Below are positions 20,925 to 29,434 of a DNA stretch of 64,000 bases, one piece after another. The notes beneath the pieces are model-generated. The model was given only the letters and a program-made list of their open reading frames with translations, searched no databases and had not been told where the DNA came from. Position 1 is the stretch's first letter. Every line of letters starts with the position of its first letter. A program made the position numbers and the translations under genes. The stretch is from Alphaproteobacteria bacterium UBA1218 (GTDB taxonomy: Bacteria; Pseudomonadota; Alphaproteobacteria; Rs-D84), in NCBI GenBank assembly GCA_002309215.1, contig DBXG01000023.1, positions 10,086 through 74,085 on the forward strand, read 5' to 3'.

Positions 20925-21575
20925 TTACGCACAATTTTTTATAATAAAGTTCAGGTCTTCTATTGCTTTGTCCATATTCATCATCCCGTTTCCTATGGGA
21001 TAATAAACTGGATATACATTATAATTTTTGCCAGCAATGATTCTTGGAAAACTTTGTTTTCTGCATTTTGATACTGAAATATTGTCATTTAACACAATGG
21101 AACTAACCTGATTTCCAAAAGTAATAATTGTTCTAGGGTTTATTATTTCTATCTCTTTGCACAATAAATCCAGATATTGCGACAAAACCAAATCCGACAA
21201 CGGCCTGGCATCTATTTGAGTACACTTTCCAAGATTGGTTATAAAACACTTATGTTTTTCTATATCATCATATACTAAATCTGCAAACTCTTCATTCCAG
21301 TCTTTCGGTTTTCTGGACATAATGTCCATATACAGTTTTTCATCAAGCAACCCTATTCTATAAAATAATTTCCATATATTTTTAGTTCCAAGCCATGGTG
21401 ATCTTCTGCCTTTCCAACTTGGGTCAGATACGACATTTGTACCTGTAGGATTCATAAACACAAAACAAAAATCTGGATTATTGGTGCACCCACCATTGTA
21501 TATAGCGGTCAAGCCTTTCGCGCCATACTGTAATTGCAATTTATCATATTCAGAATCAAGGTCGTTAATGTTCAT
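20925..21575 (-). CDS. uracil-DNA glycosylase superfamily protein (putative)
   Basis: About 216 aa. FVFMNPTG and ITNLGKC motifs resemble UDG family 4/5 motifs A/B. Confidence 0.45.
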   Translation of the reverse strand: MNINDLDSEYDKLQLQYGAKGLTAIYNGGCTNNPDFCFVFMNPTGTNVVSDPSWKGRRSPWLGTKNIWKLFYRIGLLDEKLYMDIMSRKPKDWNEEFADLVYDDIEKHKCFITNLGKCTQIDARPLSDLVLSQYLDLLCKEIEIINPRTIITFGNQVSSIVLNDNISVSKCRKQSFPRIIAGKNYNVYPVYYPIGNGMMNMDKAIEDLNFIIKNCA

Positions 21576-21689
21576 AATTATTGTTCCCACTTTCTCTAGC
21601 ACAATAATAAAAAAGAAATGCTGTCGGCAAGCCCATGCATAAATTTACATAAACGTGCAGACAGCAAACAGATTTGTTGTTATAAATAT

Positions 21690-22406
21690 TTATGCTGCGG
21701 CGGTAAATACTTTCTGAACATCATCATTGTCGTCCAGCGCATCTACCAACTTTTCGATTTTCGCGTATGCTTCATCGTCCAAATCCATTGGCATATTTGG
21801 CACCCATGTCAATTCAGCATTTTCTGGTTCGCCCAATTTATCAGCCAAAGCCTTCTGAATATTCATAAAGTTATCTGGCTTCGTTGTGATAATGAAACCC
21901 TCTTCGGATGATTCCAGATTATCTGCATCAACTTCCATAACCAATTCCATCATTTCGTCTTCGCTTTTACCAATACTGGCAGGATACATAATTTGACCAA
22001 CATGCGAGAACATAAATACGACCGAGCCCTCTTCCCCCATATTACCGCCATTTTTGGCAAAAATATTACGAATTTCTGGTACTGTTCTGCGTGGATTATC
22101 AGTCAAAGCCTCTACAATCACAGGAACTGCGTTTGGGCCATAACCTTCGTATCTTACTGCAACAAAGTTATCTGTATTTGAACCAGATGCCTTTTCAATT
22201 GCGCGTTTAATATTATCATTTGGCATAGAACTTTTGCGTGCCTGCAAAATAGCCAAACGCAATCTGGGGTTATTGTCTGGGTTTTTATCACCCAATTTTG
22301 CCGCCATAGTTATTTCACGTGCCAGTTTTGTAAACAAACCGCTACGCGCTGCATCAACCAATCCCTTTTTATGTTGGATGTTGTGCCATTTACTGTGTCC
22401 ACTCAT
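21690..22406 (-). CDS. yebC: YebC/PmpR-family DNA-binding regulator
   Basis: 238 aa, MSGHSKWHNIQHKKG N-terminus. Confidence 0.9.
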   Translation of the reverse strand: MSGHSKWHNIQHKKGLVDAARSGLFTKLAREITMAAKLGDKNPDNNPRLRLAILQARKSSMPNDNIKRAIEKASGSNTDNFVAVRYEGYGPNAVPVIVEALTDNPRRTVPEIRNIFAKNGGNMGEEGSVVFMFSHVGQIMYPASIGKSEDEMMELVMEVDADNLESSEEGFIITTKPDNFMNIQKALADKLGEPENAELTWVPNMPMDLDDEAYAKIEKLVDALDDNDDVQKVFTAAA

Positions 22407-22456
22407 ATTTGACCTTTTGATTATTTTAGATTAAAATTACCCTAAAAGGATAACAA

Positions 22457-23026
22457 ATGATTGGCAAATTGCAAGGTGTAATTGATTATATAGGCGATGG
22501 ATATGTTATTTTGATGGCTGGCAACGTTGGCTACAAGGTGTATACACCGGAATTCCTGACACCAAAGGCAACTGTATCATTATGGATTGAAACAATTGTC
22601 CGCGAAGATTCGATTCGTTTATTTGGGTTTTCAACCCTCGCTGCCCAAAACCTGTTTAACCAATTAACAACTGTATCTGGTGTTGGGCCAAAGGTTGCGT
22701 TGGCAATCATGGGCACGATTAAGACTGAAACATTGATGTCTGCAATTGCAACTGGGGACGCAAAAACAATCGCGACAGCCCCAGGGGTTGGTAAAAAAGT
22801 TGCTGAAAAAATCATTGTCGAATTAAAGAATAAAATGGGTGGTTCCAATTTTGATTTTGGGACTGACAGTGGTGTCTTGCCTGATTTGCTGTCTGCATTG
22901 GAATCTTTGGGTTATCGCCGTATGGATATTGTTGATATGGCACAAAAATTGGTATCCAATAATCCAGATGCAGACGTCGCAAAACTGGTCCCAATTGCAT
23001 TAAAAGAAATAAGTGGTAATAAATAA
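22457..23026 (+). CDS. ruvA: Holliday junction branch migration protein RuvA
   Basis: 189 aa. MIGKLQG start, HhH motifs (VSGVGPKVALAI) and a C-terminal domain III. Confidence 0.85.
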   Translation: MIGKLQGVIDYIGDGYVILMAGNVGYKVYTPEFLTPKATVSLWIETIVREDSIRLFGFSTLAAQNLFNQLTTVSGVGPKVALAIMGTIKTETLMSAIATGDAKTIATAPGVGKKVAEKIIVELKNKMGGSNFDFGTDSGVLPDLLSALESLGYRRMDIVDMAQKLVSNNPDADVAKLVPIALKEISGNK

Positions 23027-24321
23027 TGAATAATTGTGAAACAATTTTTGCGCTGTCCAGCGCACATGGCAAAGCCGGTGTGGCAGTTATCAGAATCAGC
23101 GGAAATGATTTGGGTTCTTTATTCGAACGCATAATAAATAAAAACGAACACACACCGCGTCATGCTTATTATACAAACTTACATGATGATAATGGCGATT
23201 TAATTGATAACTGTATCGCAATTTATTTCAATGCCCCCTATTCTTTTACTGGCGAAGATGTAATTGAAATATATTCACATGGCGCACCCGCAGTTATAAA
23301 TAAAATCTTTGATTGGTTGCGTTCTAAAAAATGCAGAATTGCAGAACGTGGCGAGTTTTCAAGACGCGCTTTTTATAACAACAAAATGGATTTGACTGAC
23401 GTTGATGGTTTGATTGCTTTGCTGGACGCACAAACAGATAAACAGCGTCAATCCGCATTACGTTCTATGACTGGCGCTGATTCCAAGATATATAATAATT
23501 GGCGCAATCAAATGATTGAAATATCTGCGTATGCAGCGGCTATCTTGGATTATAGCGAAGATGATTTACCAAAAAATCTGGATACAAAAATCATAGATAA
23601 AACAAAAAATCTGTTATCAGAACTGAACAACGCGGTTGATGGTTTTCGTGGAACGCGCGCTCTGCGTAATGGTTTCAATATTGTTTTGGTTGGTGAAACA
23701 AATGTCGGCAAATCGTCCATATTTAACAAATTGGTTGGTTCCAATCGTGCGATAGTTTCTGACATAGCAGGCACAACACGCGATGTAGTATCCCAACAGA
23801 TAGAGGTTGATGGTTATCTGGTCAATCTGTCCGATACAGCAGGAATCCGGGAAGCAACCGATACAATTGAAAAAATTGGAATTGAACGCACGCATAATGA
23901 AATTGAAAATTCTGACTTGGTTATACATGTATATAACGAAGTACCAAAACAAATAAATAATGACGAAATCACAGTTATAAACAAATCAGATTTAATCAAA
24001 AACAAAACAAATAAAAACGTTATTTATACATCTGTGAAAACAAATGACGGTTTTGATAAACTGATGACTGCAATCAAAGATAAAATGCATGAATTGATGG
24101 CTGGCGCTGAATCGCGTGTTGCAATAAACGAAAGAACATTTGAATTATTAACAAATGCTATAAACGAATTAAATATTGCAACGAATAAATACAGCGGAAA
24201 TTATGATATATTTGCTGAACACATACGACACGCCGCAGACTTTATTGGTAAAATACTTGGCATAATAACAACCAGCGAAATCGCCGATGCAACATTTTCC
24301 AGATTATGTTTAGGGAAATAG
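23026..24321 (+). CDS. mnmE: tRNA modification GTPase MnmE (TrmE)
   Basis: 431 aa with G-domain GETNVGKSS...DTAG and a C-terminal CLGK motif. Confidence 0.9.
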   Translation: MNNCETIFALSSAHGKAGVAVIRISGNDLGSLFERIINKNEHTPRHAYYTNLHDDNGDLIDNCIAIYFNAPYSFTGEDVIEIYSHGAPAVINKIFDWLRSKKCRIAERGEFSRRAFYNNKMDLTDVDGLIALLDAQTDKQRQSALRSMTGADSKIYNNWRNQMIEISAYAAAILDYSEDDLPKNLDTKIIDKTKNLLSELNNAVDGFRGTRALRNGFNIVLVGETNVGKSSIFNKLVGSNRAIVSDIAGTTRDVVSQQIEVDGYLVNLSDTAGIREATDTIEKIGIERTHNEIENSDLVIHVYNEVPKQINNDEITVINKSDLIKNKTNKNVIYTSVKTNDGFDKLMTAIKDKMHELMAGAESRVAINERTFELLTNAINELNIATNKYSGNYDIFAEHIRHAADFIGKILGIITTSEIADATFSRLCLGK

Positions 24322-24347
24322 AAAATATCAAAATTGATTCAGTTTTT

Positions 24348-25217
24348 TTATTTGCGGTCTGTTGATTTGTAATCCTTATATGTAAACTCATCAGTATATC
24401 TTATCCTCTTAAAATCTGTTTGAAAAATAGAAAAGCCTGGAGATTTTGTACCCTTAGTCATAAAACCACCATCTTTTATATATTGTTGCATCGCATTTCT
24501 CCAACCAAGATCTTCGTTATAATTACGTGTTTGTTTAGAAATATCGAGACTAATATAATGCAAGCCTTCATTCTGACTATCTGATTCTATATATCTGTTA
24601 AGGACAATCGTATACGATTCGCTAATATTTTTCAATTTGTCATCTATATACACTTCTAAAAAAGACCTATCTGTATCATCAAAACAACTTATATAATACT
24701 CTTCATAGCCATCTGGATACAAACACGTATGTTCCATGTGGTCTCGTCGCTCTTTTACTCTTTCTTTTTCACTTGAATCTTTTGCTTTATACGTTCCGCC
24801 GTTGCATGCATCTGATTCTAAATATTCGCCCCTATCAAGCCAAATCTGTTCTGCCCCTGGTTTAATTTCGCCGTCCGGCTGTATTTTTCGACCTGTTTCT
24901 TTACTTTTCTTTTTAATATCTTCAAAAAAATAGTTTTTATAATCGTCAAACACTTTTTGTGCCAAACGATTATTGTATTTTACGATTTTTTGTTCTTTGG
25001 TATCGTTTTTGGTTGCCTCTACCAATTCAGAATCTATTTGCATCATTCTGGCTTCTATAACTGGCAATAAATGTTCTATAAATTCTTCATATTTTATCAA
25101 AGGCGAAAAAGTAGAATCTTGTTTCAATTTGTTATACGTATCATCATATCCATCACCATAACAAAAATATGGTGTGGTTATCATTAACAACAAGACCAAC
25201 AAATGCTTTATTTGCAT
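24348..25217 (-). CDS. secreted hypothetical protein (289 aa) with signal peptide
   Basis: Hydrophobic N-terminus (LLVLLLMITTPYFCYG) followed by a charged, Asp/Tyr-rich domain. No family recognised. Confidence 0.5.
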   Translation of the reverse strand: MQIKHLLVLLLMITTPYFCYGDGYDDTYNKLKQDSTFSPLIKYEEFIEHLLPVIEARMMQIDSELVEATKNDTKEQKIVKYNNRLAQKVFDDYKNYFFEDIKKKSKETGRKIQPDGEIKPGAEQIWLDRGEYLESDACNGGTYKAKDSSEKERVKERRDHMEHTCLYPDGYEEYYISCFDDTDRSFLEVYIDDKLKNISESYTIVLNRYIESDSQNEGLHYISLDISKQTRNYNEDLGWRNAMQQYIKDGGFMTKGTKSPGFSIFQTDFKRIRYTDEFTYKDYKSTDRK

Positions 25218-25278
25218 ATAAAACCAATCTTTATTTCTAAATTCTATTATAGCATATTATCATTATCTGCACAAACAA

Positions 25279-25303
25279 AAAACCGGCAAATGCCGGCTTT
25301 TTA
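25279..25303 (-). terminator. rho-independent terminator (hairpin CCGGC-AAAT-GCCGG) downstream of the acyl-CoA synthetase pair
   Basis: GC hairpin with T/A runs on both sides. Confidence 0.65.
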
Positions 25304-25305
25304 GT

Positions 25306-26886
25306 TTACTCTTTTCTGTCCGGATACATGCCGTCTATCAAATTCTGACGAACGATGTGATGTTTTACCTTTTGCGTACTGGTCACTGGCAAATCTTCAG
25401 TCGTCATCGCAAAGTGTGTCACCCATTTATACGATGCGATTTTCTTGTTCGCAGATGCTACTTCTTGGGACAACTTGTCCATTGTCATTTCTGGCGCGAC
25501 CTGGAATACGGCATATGTGACAGTTTTATCCTTGACCTTGTGTTCAAACACAGCAACATTTTTCACACCGTCTATTTCCATATATAATGCTTCTAATTCG
25601 TCTGGATACACATTTTTACCAGAATCCAAAACGATAACCTGTTTCTTACGCCCTGCAAAATGCAATTCACCGTTTTTATCCATAAATACCATATCGCCAG
25701 TATTAAAGAATCCGCGATCATCAAAAACTTCTGCATTAACAGTTGGATTGTTCAGGTATCCACCAAACACCTGATGCCCACGCAACCATAAAACACCAAC
25801 ACCATTTTCATCTTTATCACGAATTTCACATTCGTTATTTGATGTTGGTCCACCAACAGAATAAGCCAATCTTTTGCTGGTCGGTTTTGATATACAAATT
25901 GGTCCCACAGTTTCAGTTAAACCATATCCCTGAATAAATGCCAAACCAAGCGATTCATAGAAGTTTTCAACCTCTGGCTTGGTCGCTGCGCCACCTGCAA
26001 TCAGCAATCTGGCACGACCACCAAATATCTCTAACAACGGCTCTTGAACTTTACGAACAAAGAAAGACAAACCCATATCCTGTAAAGTTTTTTGGTTGTT
26101 CAGAATAAACGATGCAACACGCCATTTTTTCTGTGCCTTCATATTATCCATAATTTTGTTACGGAATAATTCCCATATACGCGGAACCGCAGGTATAACA
26201 TGTGGCTTAAACGTCTTGAAATCGTCCAAAATATATTTTGGATTGATTGTCGGCTGTAATACCAAACCACCACCAAAATGTATTGTTGCCAGAATACCAA
26301 TTGAAAAACCAAATATATGATACAACGGCAAAAAGCCATACATAATATCCCCAGAATGATAATATTCAGACATATCTTCCAAAGAATTCGCACACTCAAT
26401 CAAATTGAAATGTGTTAACGGGACAACCTTTGGCGTTCCTGTCGAACCAGATGTAAAAGACATCAAAGCAACATCTGTGGTCTCAGACGGGAAAGCGCGC
26501 AAATCATAATCTATGTCACCATCTTTTCTGGTTATATCAAAGAAGGTAAACTTATCTGTTTTATAAAAAAATGAAGGTTCGGCACAAACGAATTTGCACC
26601 CTGCTATCTCTGTCATATTATCATATTCAAATGGTGTCAGATTTGTATCCAACATCAAAACCGTTCCACCCAAATACCATATTGCAAACAGAGTCAAAGG
26701 AAACTGAGGCAAATTATGTGATAATATACCAACAATATCACCTGCTTTGACGCCCGCATCACGCAAAGTTGCCGCGCGCGCGCGCACCTGGGTCACAAAT
26801 TGTGAATAAGTCACACCTTCGCGAACCAAGAAAAGATTTTCAGGCCATTGATTTGCTGCATTTTCCAATTTTTGATACATATTCAT
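25306..26886 (-). CDS. AMP-dependent synthetase/ligase (long-chain acyl-CoA synthetase-like), paralog 1
   Basis: 526 aa. FTSGSTGTPK AMP-binding motif, YGLTET, GDM...D..G.LHFAGRKK. Confidence 0.8.
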   Translation of the reverse strand: MNMYQKLENAANQWPENLFLVREGVTYSQFVTQVRARAATLRDAGVKAGDIVGILSHNLPQFPLTLFAIWYLGGTVLMLDTNLTPFEYDNMTEIAGCKFVCAEPSFFYKTDKFTFFDITRKDGDIDYDLRAFPSETTDVALMSFTSGSTGTPKVVPLTHFNLIECANSLEDMSEYYHSGDIMYGFLPLYHIFGFSIGILATIHFGGGLVLQPTINPKYILDDFKTFKPHVIPAVPRIWELFRNKIMDNMKAQKKWRVASFILNNQKTLQDMGLSFFVRKVQEPLLEIFGGRARLLIAGGAATKPEVENFYESLGLAFIQGYGLTETVGPICISKPTSKRLAYSVGGPTSNNECEIRDKDENGVGVLWLRGHQVFGGYLNNPTVNAEVFDDRGFFNTGDMVFMDKNGELHFAGRKKQVIVLDSGKNVYPDELEALYMEIDGVKNVAVFEHKVKDKTVTYAVFQVAPEMTMDKLSQEVASANKKIASYKWVTHFAMTTEDLPVTSTQKVKHHIVRQNLIDGMYPDRKE

Positions 26887-26912
26887 ATTGTGCCAACCTT
26901 TTATTTCTTTAT

Positions 26913-28490
26913 TTATTCATGTCTGTCTGGATATTTTCCGTCAATCAACCATTGACGAACAACATGATGCTTGATTTTTTGTGTACTTGTCACAGGTAAA
27001 TCTTCCGTTGTCATTGCAAAATGTGTCACCCATTTATATGAAGCAACTTTTTTGTTCTTTTCTGCAACAGCCGCAGCCAATTTTTCCATTGTCATACCGT
27101 CTTCCACAGAAAACACACCGTATGCAACAGTTTTACCTTTGACTTCGTGTTCAAACACAGCGACATTTTTAACACCCGGGATTTCGATAAACAAGCCTTC
27201 CAATTCATCTGGATATACATTTTTACCAGAATCCAAAACGATAACTTGTTTTTTACGACCTGCAAAATGATATTCGCCATTTTTATCAATAGAAACCAAG
27301 TCACCGGTACAGAAGAAACCGTTTTTATCAAAGCATTCTTTGTTAGCTTCTTCATTATTCAGATAACCGCCAAATACTTGATCACCACGAACCCATAACA
27401 TACCGATACCATTTTCATCAGTATTACGGATTTCACAGCAACTGCCACCCAATGGTGCGCCAAATGCAAACGGAACACGTTTTTTAACAGGTTTAGAGCA
27501 ACAGATTGGCCCAACGGTTTCTGTCATACCATAACCCTGAACAAAAGCGATGCCCAATTTATTATAGAAGTTTTCAACTTCTGGTTTGGTCGCCGCACCA
27601 CCTGCAACCATACAGCGAACTTTTCCGCCAAACACAGAACGAATTTGGTCCAGCACTTTATCAACTAATTTTCCAAGACCGATTACACGCAAGGTTTTTT
27701 GATGATTCATGATGAAAGACACCAAGCCCCATTTCTTTTTAGCCTTGATACCATCAATAATTTTTTTGCGGAAAATCTCGAACAATTTTGGAACTGCAGG
27801 AATAATCTGTGGTTTATATGTAGCAAAATCTTGCAAAATCGCATTTGGATTGATTGTTGGTTGCAATAAAATGCTCATTCCAAAATGCATAGGCGCCAAG
27901 AAACCAACTGCAAACCCAAAAACATGATACAAAGGCAAGAAAGCATACATTGTTTCGCCATGACGCAAAAACATACTCAAAGTCTCTAAACCTTCTGAAC
28001 AAGAAACCAAGTTTTTATGTGTCAAAGGAACAATTTTTGGTGTTCCTGTGGAACCAGATGTAAACGACAATGTCGCAATATCATCATCTTTCAGTTTATG
28101 TTGTTTAACTTCTGCGCCTTCTTTATCTTTGGTTTCAATATCAAAGAACTCGAAATTTTTGGTTTTATAAAAGAAAGATTTTTCAGCCACAACCATTTTG
28201 CAGTCTGTCAATTTGGTCATATTATCGTATTCTTCTGGCGTCAGATTTGTATCCAATAACAACACCCTGCCACCCAAATACCAAATCGCAAATAAACTAT
28301 AAATAAATTGTGGCAAATTGTGAGATAACACACCAACAGTATCGCCAGCCTTGACCCCAGCGTTTGCCAAAGATGCAGCACGCGCCTTGATATATTTTGG
28401 CAAATCACCAAAAGTAATATTTTCACGTACCAAGAAAAGCATATTGCCATTTTTCTTGATATTTTGTTCTAACAAATCATACATTGTCAT
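26913..28490 (-). CDS. AMP-dependent synthetase/ligase, paralog 2 (tandem duplicate)
   Basis: About 525 aa and colinear with paralog 1 over its full length. Start chosen at MTMYDLLEQ (AAGGA 8 nt upstream) instead of the upstream in-frame ATG. Confidence 0.8.
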   Translation of the reverse strand: MTMYDLLEQNIKKNGNMLFLVRENITFGDLPKYIKARAASLANAGVKAGDTVGVLSHNLPQFIYSLFAIWYLGGRVLLLDTNLTPEEYDNMTKLTDCKMVVAEKSFFYKTKNFEFFDIETKDKEGAEVKQHKLKDDDIATLSFTSGSTGTPKIVPLTHKNLVSCSEGLETLSMFLRHGETMYAFLPLYHVFGFAVGFLAPMHFGMSILLQPTINPNAILQDFATYKPQIIPAVPKLFEIFRKKIIDGIKAKKKWGLVSFIMNHQKTLRVIGLGKLVDKVLDQIRSVFGGKVRCMVAGGAATKPEVENFYNKLGIAFVQGYGMTETVGPICCSKPVKKRVPFAFGAPLGGSCCEIRNTDENGIGMLWVRGDQVFGGYLNNEEANKECFDKNGFFCTGDLVSIDKNGEYHFAGRKKQVIVLDSGKNVYPDELEGLFIEIPGVKNVAVFEHEVKGKTVAYGVFSVEDGMTMEKLAAAVAEKNKKVASYKWVTHFAMTTEDLPVTSTQKIKHHVVRQWLIDGKYPDRHE

Positions 28491-28660
28491 TTTATTTGTC
28501 CTTTGTTTATATATCACGAACACCATGTCTATCTAGACATCAAAATAAAGCATTTACAAATACATTCATTATCTTGACTTAAATGTTCTTAACATAAAAT
28601 CCTTGTTGTTTTTATATTGGACAAGGGGTATTATAGTATTACAAAACAAAGATTGCAAAT

Positions 28661-29434
28661 ATGAAAATACTTACATTAAATATAAACTCTATACGCGCCC
28701 ATATTGAAAGTTTTATGGATATATTGAAAACTGGCGAATACGACACAATTTTGGTTCAAGAATTAAAGGTTGAAAACGCCAATTTTCCATATAATTTACT
28801 GGACGATTTCGGGTATAATATAAAGGTGTTCGGTCAAAAATCTTGGAATGGAGTCGCTGTTTTTTCTAAATATTCAATTGAAGATACTATTCTGGGTATG
28901 CCAAATTATCCCGATATAAATGCCAGATTTTTAGAATGTGTTATTGATGGCCGTATCAGAATCATAAATGTATATATGCCAAATGGCGATTGTATCGAAT
29001 CGCCAAAGTTTCCATATAAACTGGATTGGATGAAGGCTTTTACAAAATATATCGAACAATATATTGATTCCGAAGAACCGGTTATAATTGGTGGCGATTA
29101 TAATGTTGCAATCACAGATAAAGATATTTGGAACCCTAAAAACTATATTGGTTCTTCCATTTCTGCACCTGCTGCACGTGAAATTATGCAACAATGGTTA
29201 AATATGGGCTGGGCTGACACATGGCGCCACTTACATCCTGATGAAATCGGCTACACCTGGTATGGCTATCGTGGACGGGATACCGTTGGCAATAATCAGG
29301 GGTTAAGATTGGACTATTTTCTATGTAATAAAACTGCTATAAAAATGGTTAAGAGCTGTGAAATAGATATGTCACCACGCTTGGCAGAAAAACCAACCGA
29401 CCACTGCGGGCTAATGGTTGATATAAAAAACTAA
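28661..29434 (+). CDS. xth: exodeoxyribonuclease III
   Basis: 257 aa. MKILTLNINSIRA start, ExoIII/AP-endonuclease motifs (GDYNV, DHCG). Confidence 0.9.
   Translation: MKILTLNINSIRAHIESFMDILKTGEYDTILVQELKVENANFPYNLLDDFGYNIKVFGQKSWNGVAVFSKYSIEDTILGMPNYPDINARFLECVIDGRIRIINVYMPNGDCIESPKFPYKLDWMKAFTKYIEQYIDSEEPVIIGGDYNVAITDKDIWNPKNYIGSSISAPAAREIMQQWLNMGWADTWRHLHPDEIGYTWYGYRGRDTVGNNQGLRLDYFLCNKTAIKMVKSCEIDMSPRLAEKPTDHCGLMVDIKN

Noticed and set aside
28527-28660. Sigma-70 promoter TTGACT...TAAAAT upstream of xth.
   Set aside because: The spacer between the candidate -35 and -10 hexamers is only 14-15 nt, so a specific promoter call is not supportable by eye.
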